Shown here piece after piece: positions 35,429 to 44,997 of a stretch of 64,000 bases of DNA (positions are counted from its first letter, which is position 1; the number at the start of each line of letters is the position of its first letter). This stretch comes from an uncultured Gemmatimonadota bacterium (GTDB lineage: Bacteria; JAAXHH01), in the NCBI GenBank assembly GCA_951812955.1, contig OX638340.1, positions 2,656,001-2,720,000 on the forward strand. Direction: 5' to 3'. The notes under the pieces were generated by a model. The model had not been told where the DNA came from. It saw nothing but the letters and a program-made list of their open reading frames with translations, and did not search any database. A program made the position numbers and the translations under genes.

Positions 35429-36433
35429 TTGCCAATCTGGAGCGAAATCCTTAAAGAGTTGACACCGACACAAAATGGACTTCCAGTTGATTTTGATGGC
35501 GTTCGAAGGAAATATCTACTGAAACTCCATCAGCACACGGAACGGAATGTAATTCTGTACGCCTCAGGATGGCTTCAAGGGGAAGCCCCTCCTGCGCTTG
35601 TTTCAATAAATGATGAAGACATACAGGCGTTCATGGAAGTTAGTCACGGTCTACATGGAGATCAGCTCGATCTGATCCTACATAGCCCCGGAGGTTTTCC
35701 CGAAGCAGCCGAAGCGATCGTTGCGTATCTGAGGTCTCGATTTTCTCATATAAGAGTAATTGTTCCACAACTCGCAATGTCGGCAGCAACTATGATAGCA
35801 TGTGCTGCCGATAAGATCGTGTTAGGCAAGCATTCATTTCTCGGTCCTACTGATCCTCAGATAATGCTGGCAACCCCTCTAGGTGTGCGTTCAGTACCGG
35901 CTCAGTCTGTCCTGGATCAGTTTGATCGGGCCAAGAAGGAATGTTCCGACCCAGCCAAATTGTCGGCTTGGTTACCGATGTTAAGTCAATATGGTCCGGA
36001 TTTACTGGTTCAATGTGAGACCGCGTTAGAAATGTCTAAAGTGCTAGTGAAGTCTTGGTTGGAATCGTACATGTTTAAAGGGATGGATGATCGTAAATCA
36101 AGGGCGGAAAACGTCTCGACGTGGCTCGCTGATCACATGGAGTTCAAAAGCCACAGTCGACACATACCACGCGAAGAACTTGAAGACCACCAGTTGTCGA
36201 TATCTAGGTTGGAAGAAGATACGATATTGCAGGACATGAGCCTTTCAGTGTTTCATGCAACTACTCATACCTTTTCCGGCACCCCCGCTGTAAAGATCGT
36301 CGAGAACCATACAGGTCGTGCATTCATAAAACAAAATGTTACTCAACCGGTGCAGGTTGCCATGCAGCCAGTCCAGTCGATAGAAGTTGCACCAGTACCA
36401 CTAGTAATGCCCGAACATAGTGCCGATAGTTGA
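35429..36433 (+). CDS. SDH/S49-type Clp-fold serine protease (intact, 334 aa)
   Basis: LILHSPGGFPEAAEAIVAYLRSRF...LAMSAATMIACAADKIVLGKHSFLGPTDPQ has the ClpP/SppA-class catalytic Ser context. Low GC. Inserted between the PCuAC and SCO1 genes. Confidence 0.65.
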   Translation: MPIWSEILKELTPTQNGLPVDFDGVRRKYLLKLHQHTERNVILYASGWLQGEAPPALVSINDEDIQAFMEVSHGLHGDQLDLILHSPGGFPEAAEAIVAYLRSRFSHIRVIVPQLAMSAATMIACAADKIVLGKHSFLGPTDPQIMLATPLGVRSVPAQSVLDQFDRAKKECSDPAKLSAWLPMLSQYGPDLLVQCETALEMSKVLVKSWLESYMFKGMDDRKSRAENVSTWLADHMEFKSHSRHIPREELEDHQLSISRLEEDTILQDMSLSVFHATTHTFSGTPAVKIVENHTGRAFIKQNVTQPVQVAMQPVQSIEVAPVPLVMPEHSADS

Positions 36434-37076
36434 ACCTACCCTAGGCGGCGGGATTCCCACTCCTGTTCGACGGTACTTCTGCTATTATGTGATTTCGATC
36501 TGCGCGGCCCTGCTGCTCATTCCAGGATGCCGCACCGAATCCCCTCCTCCGTCCCAGATCGACGTCCCCGCACTCCTGGACTACGGCGAACGCTTCGGCG
36601 GCGATTTCACGCTGACCGACCAGGACGAAGCGCTATTCAACCTTTCTGAATACCGCGGCGACGCCTTCCTGATCTTCTTCGGCTACACCTTTTGCCCCGA
36701 TGCCTGCCCGCTCATGCTCTCCAAGCTGGCGGCCGTCTACGACGTGCTCGATCTCGAACCAGGCCAGCACGTACGCACGGTATACATCACCGTCGATCCA
36801 TCGCGCGACACGCCCGAGCAACTCAGAGAGTACCTGGCCTACTTCTCCACGGTGGACGTCCGCGGCCTGACGGGATCGCGGGAGGAGATCGACGAGGTCG
36901 CCGAACGGTACGGCGTGCTGTACAAACTGCAGGAGCCGAACGAGGCGGGGCACTACCTGGTGGCCCACACCACCACCCTGTTCCTGGTGGATACGGAGGG
37001 CCGCCTGCGTTTCCGGTTCCATCCAAGCGACACCCCGGAATACATCGCGGCGGGCGTGAAACTGCTCTTCGAATAG
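36420..37076 (+). CDS. SCO1/SenC-family copper chaperone (thioredoxin fold), lipoprotein
   Basis: FGYTFCPDACP (CxxxC) and HTTTLFLVD (conserved His). Lipobox LLLIPGC. The start overlaps the protease stop by 14 nt, so its exact start is uncertain. Confidence 0.8.
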   Translation: MPIVEPTLGGGIPTPVRRYFCYYVISICAALLLIPGCRTESPPPSQIDVPALLDYGERFGGDFTLTDQDEALFNLSEYRGDAFLIFFGYTFCPDACPLMLSKLAAVYDVLDLEPGQHVRTVYITVDPSRDTPEQLREYLAYFSTVDVRGLTGSREEIDEVAERYGVLYKLQEPNEAGHYLVAHTTTLFLVDTEGRLRFRFHPSDTPEYIAAGVKLLFE

Positions 37077-37142
37077 CCCGAGGATCTCAGGTTTTTAGGG
37101 ACCGATCGTGGCTTGCGGGATAGCTGTGCTTGTTCTGAAGAC

Positions 37143-39545
37143 CTAATGCTCGCGCCGCAGCGCGTCCACCGGGTTCATCGTGGCGGCCTGAAGGGTCTGG
37201 GTACTCACCGTGATCCAGGCGATGAGCAGTCCGAGCAGGCCCGCGGCGGGGAACAACAGCAGCGAGATCTCGGTGTGATAGGCGTACTGCCGAAGCCACT
37301 GCTGCGTGACGAAGTAGGCCGCTGGCCAGGCGATGACGTTCGCAATTACCACGAGGATGGTGTATTCCCTTGAAAGTAGCAAGACGAGTTGCCGCGCCGA
37401 CGCGCCCAGGGCCTTCCGGATTCCCACCTCCCTGGTGCGCTGTTTCGCCGTGAAGACCGCAAGGCCGAACAGTCCGAGGCACGCCGTAAAGACCGCCAGC
37501 CCGGCAAACATGGTGACGAGCCGTCCCAGCAACTGATCCGAACGATACAGGCGTTCCACGTCCTGGTCGAGGAACGAATATACGAAGGGGATATCCGGCG
37601 TGGACGCCTTCCACATGGCTTCCAGGTCCCTCAAGGTTCCGCCGGGATCGCCGGGAACGAACCGCACGGCCCAGTAGCCGGAACCCCCGAAGGTGAAGAT
37701 TACCGGATCGATCCGCTCGTGGAGGCTCCTGAGGTGGAAGTCGCCCACCACCCCGACGACCTGCATCTCGCTGTTCCCCATTTTTACGAACTGATCCATG
37801 GCTTCTTCGGGCGATCCCCATCCCAGTCGACGGACCGCCTCCTCGTTCAGGAGACTTCCGGTCGATCTCCCCCATCCTCCTCCATCTGGGTCCTCGACCC
37901 ATTCGAAATCTCTTTCAAAGGATATGTCGCGTCCGACAAGCGACTCGAGCCCGAGCGTCCGTACAAGACCGCCCTCGGTATGGATGTGTTGCATCTCGAC
38001 CGTCCCCGCCGCCGGGTCGTCTACGCGGCCCACGGGCAGGATCGGCAGTCTCCCCCGGCCGGCCGCTCGTCCGGGCATGTAGTTCGCCCCGGCAACGCTG
38101 ACTACCCCGGCGTGCTGTGGGTAACGATCACGGATCATGTCGAAGTCCATGCCCTCGAGGTCGGGCAGGATCACCACGTGTTCCTTCTCGAATCCCAGGT
38201 GTTTCTCCCGCATGTACTCCAGCTGCTGGTAGACGGTTCCCGTGCCGAACATCAGCAGGATGGCCAGGGAGAATTGCATGACCACGAGGGCTTTTCGCAG
38301 GGTTGCGGCGCCGGTACCCGAAAGTCCGCGAAAGATCGCAACGGGACTGATCCGGGACAGCAGCAGGGCGGGGTAGGCGCCGGCGAGGACGCCCGCCGTG
38401 AGGATAATAGCCGTGCCGCCCAGAATTGACCACGGTTCGAGCGAAGGCATGGAAAGTACGTGGCCCGTCATGGACCGGAAGAGGGGCAGGACCACCCAGA
38501 CAGCGGCCAGGGCGACGAGGAACGCCACGGCACTCAGGAGTATGGTTTCACCCAGGAACTGGCGGCCGATCTGGCTTCTGGTGGCTCCTGAGACTTTGCG
38601 CATGCCGATTTCCCGGGCCCGGGAGATGGACCGGACAATCGCCAGATTCGTGAAATTCATGCAGGCAATCAGCAGGATGAAGACCGCGATGGCGATCAGC
38701 ATCCAGATGAAAGACACTTCGCCGTTTGCCTCCATCTCCAATTCCAGTTGAGAATGCAGATGGATATCGAAAAGCGGCTGCAATTCATAGGTGTGGGTAA
38801 AGGCCGTCGCCCGGACCGATGCGTCGACATGTTCCGTGAGCCGTGTCTGCAGCAGGTTGCCTATCTGTTCGGGCGAGACGCCGAGCGGCAGGAGCAGGTA
38901 GGTGTAGTACGCGCTGTTCGCCCAGTTTCTCAAAAGACCGATAGGATCGCCGCGTCCGGTCGTCGTGGCGATGGAGACGTAGAAATCGGGATGATAGTGG
39001 GCGTAAGGCGGTGGGTCTTCCATGATGGCGGTGATCGTGAAGGGAAACAGGTGGTCACCGGTGATCGTCTTGCCGATCGGGTCGGCGTCCCCGAAATACT
39101 TGCGGGCCATGGATGCGCTGATGACCATCGTATTCGGCGCCGTGAGCGCGGAGGAAGGGTTGCCGCGCACCAGGGAGACATCGAAGACTTCGAAGAGGTT
39201 GCCATCCGCCCAGTAGACCCGTTGCTCATAGAACTGCTTGTCTTCGGTGGTGAAAAGCCAGGTCCCCACGGTCGCCCGAAGGCGGAGCACTTGCTCCACT
39301 TCGGGAAGCTGCGTACCGATGAAGTCGCCCAGAATGCCGGGCGTCCGCGCCGTGCGATCCGTGACGACCCGGTATATACGGTCGCCGCGGGAGTTGTGCC
39401 GGTCGTAGCTCAACTCGTCGCGGATGTACAGCAGGATGACCAGGCAGCAGGCCATGCCGATGGCGAACCCGATGACGTTGATCGCGGCGTGGGACCTGGA
39501 CGAGAGTACGTTCCGCCAGGCGGTTAGGAGGTAGTGTCCGATCAT
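37143..39545 (-). CDS. ABC transporter permease, MacB/FtsX-type, 800 aa; paralog 4 of 4
   Basis: MIGHYLLTAWRNVLSSRSHAAINVIGFAIGMACCLVILLYIRDELSYDRHNSRGDRIYRVV... and a C-terminal ...ATMNPVDALRREH. Same architecture as the + strand paralogs. Confidence 0.85.
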   Translation of the reverse strand: MIGHYLLTAWRNVLSSRSHAAINVIGFAIGMACCLVILLYIRDELSYDRHNSRGDRIYRVVTDRTARTPGILGDFIGTQLPEVEQVLRLRATVGTWLFTTEDKQFYEQRVYWADGNLFEVFDVSLVRGNPSSALTAPNTMVISASMARKYFGDADPIGKTITGDHLFPFTITAIMEDPPPYAHYHPDFYVSIATTTGRGDPIGLLRNWANSAYYTYLLLPLGVSPEQIGNLLQTRLTEHVDASVRATAFTHTYELQPLFDIHLHSQLELEMEANGEVSFIWMLIAIAVFILLIACMNFTNLAIVRSISRAREIGMRKVSGATRSQIGRQFLGETILLSAVAFLVALAAVWVVLPLFRSMTGHVLSMPSLEPWSILGGTAIILTAGVLAGAYPALLLSRISPVAIFRGLSGTGAATLRKALVVMQFSLAILLMFGTGTVYQQLEYMREKHLGFEKEHVVILPDLEGMDFDMIRDRYPQHAGVVSVAGANYMPGRAAGRGRLPILPVGRVDDPAAGTVEMQHIHTEGGLVRTLGLESLVGRDISFERDFEWVEDPDGGGWGRSTGSLLNEEAVRRLGWGSPEEAMDQFVKMGNSEMQVVGVVGDFHLRSLHERIDPVIFTFGGSGYWAVRFVPGDPGGTLRDLEAMWKASTPDIPFVYSFLDQDVERLYRSDQLLGRLVTMFAGLAVFTACLGLFGLAVFTAKQRTREVGIRKALGASARQLVLLLSREYTILVVIANVIAWPAAYFVTQQWLRQYAYHTEISLLLFPAAGLLGLLIAWITVSTQTLQAATMNPVDALRREH

Positions 39546-39671
39546 GGGTGATGCCGCCGCAGTGAGGAATGCTGCCGGGAAAACAGCCAGGGGTCCCTCA
39601 AGATACCAACGACACAGCCGGAATGTCCACCAGTTTGCGGTGCTGGAAGCCGCCGGGAGGCCAGGGCTCGC

Positions 39672-40778
39672 TTAAGGCGCCAGCCTGTTCCAGTGGACGT
39701 CCATGGCCGTTTCGGTACCCGCGTAGTACACCACCAGGACCGTGCCGTCGGGCAGGGCTTCCGCATAGGGCAGGCCGAAGGACCACACCGAGAAGCCCAG
39801 GGCGCCCTTGGGATCTTCCTTAGGCGCCTCGTGGGTATACAGGGTCACCTCGGTTTCCGGATCGAACGTCCCGTCGATGGAAGGCGCGACGCGGGCCTTG
39901 ATGGACTGGTCGTGGAAGCGGTCCACCCACGGCAGGACGATGCGTCCGTCCGGCAGCACCGCGGGATGGGCCGCCTGGTCGGTGACGCCGATGTCTTCCG
40001 GCGCGGACCAGGTTCGCCCGCCGTCGGAGCTGACGCGGCGGTGAATGTTCAGGTAGGATTCCGTTTCGGTGTTGTAGGTCCAGGCGAACGCACCGATTCT
40101 GCCGTCCGGCGCCACGGCCGACCGCAGATCCCAGTTGTAGATCAGGCCCGTCGGATCGAACCCGATGTTCACCGGTTCACCCCAGGTCCTTCCCCCGTCC
40201 GTGGAGTGAAATGCGACGACCCGCTGGTACCATTTCGAGGTGTCGAGGTAGTGCTTGTTGGTTTCGATGGTCATGACCAGGGCGCCGTCCGGAAGTTGCA
40301 TGATTGGATTGGTCAGGCTCGCCGGTCCAATCTCCTCCGGCATGGGTACCTCGCGCCACGCCGTCCAGGTTTTTCCCCCGTCCGCGGAGTCCGCCAGGAG
40401 GATGGACATGGGCACGCAGCCCTCGGTCTCCGGATTGAAGAGTCCCGGGGCGTCAGGATAGGTTTCGCGGTCGATCCACATTGATGCGGCGATGATCCGT
40501 CCGGGCGCCAGTTCAGTCAGGTAGACGATCTTGACCGTCCCCCGGACTCCGTGAAGCGTTGGGCTTCCGAAGGGGCGTTCGGGTGCGCTCCAGGTCTTTC
40601 CGAGATCGGAGGAGCGGCTGAGTTCCACCACTTCGTCCGCGCAGTCCTTCGTCGTGCCGCTGTGCCAGGTGGCGATCAGCGTGCCGTCGGTCTTGCTAAG
40701 GACTGAGGGGAACGTGAGATTGGCCCGGTCCGTGCCGGGCGTGCTGCGGCTGAGGACGCCGGAGTCGACGATGCGCAT
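39672..40778 (-). CDS. BNR/Asp-box repeat glycoside hydrolase, sialidase-like
   Basis: Asp-boxes SSDLGKTW, SADGGKTW, STDGGRTW and SSDGGRTW. No obvious RIP motif, so sialidase specificity is uncertain. Confidence 0.75.
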   Translation of the reverse strand: MRIVDSGVLSRSTPGTDRANLTFPSVLSKTDGTLIATWHSGTTKDCADEVVELSRSSDLGKTWSAPERPFGSPTLHGVRGTVKIVYLTELAPGRIIAASMWIDRETYPDAPGLFNPETEGCVPMSILLADSADGGKTWTAWREVPMPEEIGPASLTNPIMQLPDGALVMTIETNKHYLDTSKWYQRVVAFHSTDGGRTWGEPVNIGFDPTGLIYNWDLRSAVAPDGRIGAFAWTYNTETESYLNIHRRVSSDGGRTWSAPEDIGVTDQAAHPAVLPDGRIVLPWVDRFHDQSIKARVAPSIDGTFDPETEVTLYTHEAPKEDPKGALGFSVWSFGLPYAEALPDGTVLVVYYAGTETAMDVHWNRLAP

Positions 40779-40891
40779 GGTGGCTGGCCTTTCGAGATTG
40801 GTTGTTAAACCTTTTTCAGTTCGGATGTGCCTTCACGATTCGGATGTGCCTTCCATGTTCGGATCCGGCAAGGATCCAATCCGGGTACCGA

Positions 40892-42883
40892 TCAGACCCG
40901 TTTGATCCCCTCGCACAGATCGATCATGGCGGAGAGGATGGATTCCGCCAGGCAGTCGATGGCTTCCCGTGTTCCCGCGATGTCTACCGAGGCCGCCGAA
41001 ACGTAGCACTTGACCGTGGGTTCGGTGCCCGACGGTCGCACGATGACCCGCGTATGTCCGGACTCAGAAAAGGTGAAGACCAGGATATCCGCGCGATCGC
41101 CGTCAACGGGCGTAGTCGTTCCCGTTCGCAGATCCTGCGCCTGGCCGCTCTGCCGGTCGATCACGCGGCAAACGGCGCGTCCGCCTATCCGCTCGGGAGG
41201 CGCTTCACGCAGCGCGGCCATCATGCCTTCGATCCTCCGTGTGCCCTCCGCGCCGGGCAGCGCGACCGACCGCTGGACTTCCCTGAAATATCCGTACGTT
41301 CGGTAGATATCGTCCAGTTCATCGCGCAGGGTGCGGTTGTCCTTCTTCGCCAGGGCGGCGAACTCGGCGAGCAGGATGCCGGTGGCAGCCTCCTTGTCCC
41401 GTATCCGGGCGTCGGCCAGATAGCCGTGGCTTTCCTCGGTACCGAACACGAAGGACATATCCGGCGGCAAGCCTTCGATCGCCGCGCCAACGTGTTTGAA
41501 ACCGATGGGCAGGTCGTCGATGACCTCCAGTCTGAAGGACCGGGCGATGATCGAGGCAAGGTCCGAGGTGACCAGCGTCTTGCAGAACAGACCCCTAGGG
41601 GGCAGCGTACCCGCCGCTTGCTTCCGGCTGAGTATGTAGTGGCAGAGGAGGACGCCGATCTGGTGACCGTTTAAACTCAGTTCTTCCGGCGGAGCTTCCC
41701 ATCCCCTGTCCGGCAGCGGCAGCGCGCACCCGATCCGGTCGGCGTCGGGGTCGCTCGCGAGCACGAGGTCCGCGCCGACTTCCGCGGCTTTTCTGAAGCC
41801 CAATTGAAAGGCCGCCGGTTTTTCGGGGTTTGCGATCCCATGGTCCAGCGTGGAGAACGCACCGTCCGGGACGACCTGCTCATCCACGTAGTGCACGTCC
41901 TCATAACCCAGCTTATCCAGTGCCGCGGCCACCGAGGTCATGCCCACGCCGTGCAGTGGGGTATACACCACACGCACGTCTCGGCCATCGGCCAGCGACA
42001 GGTCCGACAGGACGCCGATATACCCCTCGTCCAGGTCCCTGCCGATGATCCGGATCAGGCCGTTTCGGAGGCCTTCTTCGTAGTCGATCCGCCTGATCTC
42101 ACCGGCCTGCCTCATCTCTCTCGTGATGTCCCCGTCCCGGGGCGCCACCACCTGCCCCCCGTCGGGTCCGTAAACCTTGAATCCGTTGTCTTCGGGTGGA
42201 TTGTGGCTCGCGCTGATCATCACACCGGCCGCCGCCCGGAGTTCGCGGACGGCGAAGGAAAGCGCGGGGGTGGAGCGAAAACCGTCGAAGATCAGGACGT
42301 CTATGCCGTTGGCGGCCAGCACGCCGGCCGTCTCTTTCGCAAACAACTCCGAATTGCGCCGGGTGTCCCATGCCACGACGACGCCGCGCGCCCCAGCGGG
42401 ACCGCGGTGATTTTCACTAACTTGCCCATCACCGCCTTGCCCATCGCCCTCGAGCCCTGCACCGACACGTTCCCCGTCGCCATCGTCGCCCTGCCCATCG
42501 CCGCCTCGCCCATCACCTTCGCGCTCTGCACCGACGCGATCCCTGTCGCGCTCTGCACCCTCGCGATCCCCATCGCCTCTCCCCATCATCCCGGTGACAT
42601 ACCTGGCCAGTCCCTGTGCCGCCAGGCCCACGGTGTGGGTGTTGAGCCGGTTCGGCCCCGGTCCCATCCGACCTCGGATGCCGCCCGTTCCAAAGGAGAG
42701 GACCGAACCGAATGCGTCCTCCAGTTCGTCGGTGCCGCCGGCATCGATGAGGGCATGGATCTCATCCCGGTACGCCGCGAGGCCGGGCTCCGTAGACCAT
42801 AGTACCAGGGCATCCGAGGCCGCACGGGACAGGATGCCGTTTTCGGTCCAGGCGTTGATCCTGCTGACGCGTTGTTGATTCAT
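40892..42883 (-). CDS. Phosphoglucomutase/phosphomannomutase (alpha-D-phosphohexomutase family), with a ~55-aa Gly/Asp/Arg/Glu-rich low-complexity insertion
   Basis: Phosphoserine loop SASHNPPEDNGFKV. Metal loop ASDPDADR. Sugar-binding GTEESHG. Preferred start is the ATG at 42883 (MNQQRV...); the track start at 43198 is an over-extension. Confidence 0.85.
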   Translation of the reverse strand: MNQQRVSRINAWTENGILSRAASDALVLWSTEPGLAAYRDEIHALIDAGGTDELEDAFGSVLSFGTGGIRGRMGPGPNRLNTHTVGLAAQGLARYVTGMMGRGDGDREGAERDRDRVGAEREGDGRGGDGQGDDGDGERVGAGLEGDGQGGDGQVSENHRGPAGARGVVVAWDTRRNSELFAKETAGVLAANGIDVLIFDGFRSTPALSFAVRELRAAAGVMISASHNPPEDNGFKVYGPDGGQVVAPRDGDITREMRQAGEIRRIDYEEGLRNGLIRIIGRDLDEGYIGVLSDLSLADGRDVRVVYTPLHGVGMTSVAAALDKLGYEDVHYVDEQVVPDGAFSTLDHGIANPEKPAAFQLGFRKAAEVGADLVLASDPDADRIGCALPLPDRGWEAPPEELSLNGHQIGVLLCHYILSRKQAAGTLPPRGLFCKTLVTSDLASIIARSFRLEVIDDLPIGFKHVGAAIEGLPPDMSFVFGTEESHGYLADARIRDKEAATGILLAEFAALAKKDNRTLRDELDDIYRTYGYFREVQRSVALPGAEGTRRIEGMMAALREAPPERIGGRAVCRVIDRQSGQAQDLRTGTTTPVDGDRADILVFTFSESGHTRVIVRPSGTEPTVKCYVSAASVDIAGTREAIDCLAESILSAMIDLCEGIKRV
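42410..42600. repeat. Imperfect in-frame repeats inside the phosphohexomutase gene (encode RGDGDREGAERDRDRVGAEREGDGRGGDGQGDDGDGERVGAGLEGDGQGGDGQ)
   Basis: The plus-strand sequence shows repeated ctgcccatcgcc / ctgcaccgac / cgcgctctgcacc blocks. The translated insertion sits between the conserved N-terminal helix and the VVVAWDTRRNS segment. Confidence 0.6.
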
Positions 42884-42951
42884 CTCATGAGAGGAGGATT
42901 GGGAAACCGCGGTCGAGCGCCACGTTTTCCATGTGGAGTTCCGTGTCCCCT

Positions 42952-44907
42952 TTAGAAGAACTGGAGTTCGTGTATTGACCCTCGAAAATACCAGAAGTCC
43001 ACCAGGATCGCAACGGCGGCGCCGAGGACATAGCCTACCATGATGCCGATCATCAGCGGCTGGACAGCCTGGTAGAGGCGTACACCGCCTACCCTGATCA
43101 GTATGGTTTTCAACAGCCAGGCCAGAAAGACGGGAAAGAATGCGTTGCGCGCGGGACCGCCGGCGGCCACCACGAAACCGATAGGCGAAATGGGCCACCA
43201 GCTGAAGTAATAGCGGGCAACGCTCATACCCGTGACCATGGCCATGCCCACGACCAGGAAGAACACCTCCGCACCCGAAATGGTGGTACTGTTCTGCATC
43301 CAGGTTATGATCAAGTTATAGAAACCGGGGTCTCCGGCGATATTGTTGTAGTAATTCGCCGCACCGCCCAGCCGGTATCCGGAATAGGCCGAAAAACCGA
43401 TGGCCGTAATCGAGCTGACGACGAAGGTGACCGATGCCCAGAAGAACAGGACCCGTCCGGAGACGCCGAGTATGGACTGCATCCGCGCGACGTGGGAGGG
43501 GATGATCATCGTAAAGGTCTTCCAGTTGCGTGCAAAAGCGCTTCCCAAGCCCAGGGCCGTCAGGTTCTGCGGCGACAGTGAGGCGGAGCCCAGCATGCCC
43601 ACAGTAAACTGGTGGGCGTTGATGGGCAGGTCCAGGAAGACCAGCCCCGATTCCGCCATCACGCGGCACAGTGCGAAGTAGAAGAGGAAAAGCAGGACGA
43701 GAAAGACGGCGATCACCGGGAAGGACATGCCGATCACGTGCAGCCACCAGGAGATATAGGCCATGCCGCAGACGCCCGTGACCAGGGCCGCCCGGTAGGA
43801 AATGAACTCGTCTTCGTCGCGCAGGTTCGTTTCGTGTCCCCGTACGTGGCGCCACACCATCGCCAGGTGCCGCCGCGCGATCCAGAAACCCCAGAGCGCG
43901 AAGGCGATCATGCCCCCGATGAACTGCACGGCGACCAGTCCGCCCGGTATGGCCGTACCCGAGGCTGCGACAACGCCGACCCGGGCCAGGATGCCCTGCT
44001 GTAGCGTATTGATGATCTGGAACAGCCACACGCTGAAAAGGATATCCACGTTGATGAAGTAGGAGAAGGCAAAGGTGAGGACGTTCATTCGGATTGGATG
44101 CGCCGGAAAAGCATGTCCGAAATTAACGCTGAGCACGGTGCTCGCGTCGACGGGAAAGGACGACCACTGGGTCCAGTATGATGCGGTGTTCCAGAGCATG
44201 ATGGAGAAGGTGACCACCGCGCCGGTGATGAACATGCGGTTTCGCATGATCGTCGGCAGGACGGCGTCCGGCTCATCCTTCGTTTCCGTCATGACGACCG
44301 GCGCCTGGACGAGGGGATAGGAAAGCCGCTCGTGCTCGACCCACTGCCTGCGCATCAGGATGACGAAGCAGATGCCCACGGCCAGGAGGCCGCCAAAGAA
44401 AGACAGCCACCAGAACGACGGAATGATCCAGGCCGCCCAGGGGATCGGCATGCTTTCTGGTAGGCCCCAGTAATAGTCCCGGTTCGCGTTCTGTTCGTTC
44501 GTGACGATGAGCCAGTCGGGCAGATAGGCGAAGAACATCTCGCGCCACTGGTTCTCGGGCGACGCGAAGTATTCCGCCGTGGCCATCACGTTCACGACGT
44601 AGTTGGACATGCCCCAGGTCGGCACCATGAAACCGACCCAGCCAAGTACGAAAACGAAGAGTACTTCTTTGTCCCGCAATCCCAATGACGGACGGATCGC
44701 CTTGACCAGCAGGTTGGGACCCAGGACACCCAGCAGGAAGGGAATCAGCAGGGCGAGATCTATGTGGGCGAAGGTAAGGTGCACATACCCCAGGTGGTAG
44801 TTGCTCGACACGGAGAAAAGATTGACGACGACGGCCAGGGCCAGGCCCGCCGCCACCGCCCGGGGCGTTACCACCTTCGAGGAGGTTCTTTGTTCCAGTT
44901 CGCTCAT
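42952..44907 (-). CDS. Large polytopic membrane protein of unknown function (651 aa); paralog 2 of 3
   Basis: Same length and conserved blocks as 44998-46953 (about 85% nt identity over long stretches) and 26165-28120. Confidence 0.65.
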   Translation of the reverse strand: MSELEQRTSSKVVTPRAVAAGLALAVVVNLFSVSSNYHLGYVHLTFAHIDLALLIPFLLGVLGPNLLVKAIRPSLGLRDKEVLFVFVLGWVGFMVPTWGMSNYVVNVMATAEYFASPENQWREMFFAYLPDWLIVTNEQNANRDYYWGLPESMPIPWAAWIIPSFWWLSFFGGLLAVGICFVILMRRQWVEHERLSYPLVQAPVVMTETKDEPDAVLPTIMRNRMFITGAVVTFSIMLWNTASYWTQWSSFPVDASTVLSVNFGHAFPAHPIRMNVLTFAFSYFINVDILFSVWLFQIINTLQQGILARVGVVAASGTAIPGGLVAVQFIGGMIAFALWGFWIARRHLAMVWRHVRGHETNLRDEDEFISYRAALVTGVCGMAYISWWLHVIGMSFPVIAVFLVLLFLFYFALCRVMAESGLVFLDLPINAHQFTVGMLGSASLSPQNLTALGLGSAFARNWKTFTMIIPSHVARMQSILGVSGRVLFFWASVTFVVSSITAIGFSAYSGYRLGGAANYYNNIAGDPGFYNLIITWMQNSTTISGAEVFFLVVGMAMVTGMSVARYYFSWWPISPIGFVVAAGGPARNAFFPVFLAWLLKTILIRVGGVRLYQAVQPLMIGIMVGYVLGAAVAILVDFWYFRGSIHELQFF

Positions 44908-44997
44908 GCTCTATACGGCGCGCCGCGATCTGCGCATTGGTCGGTGCCGTGGCCGGCGCGTTCACCGGACGGCAAGTGGCCCATAACGGGTCCCGTT

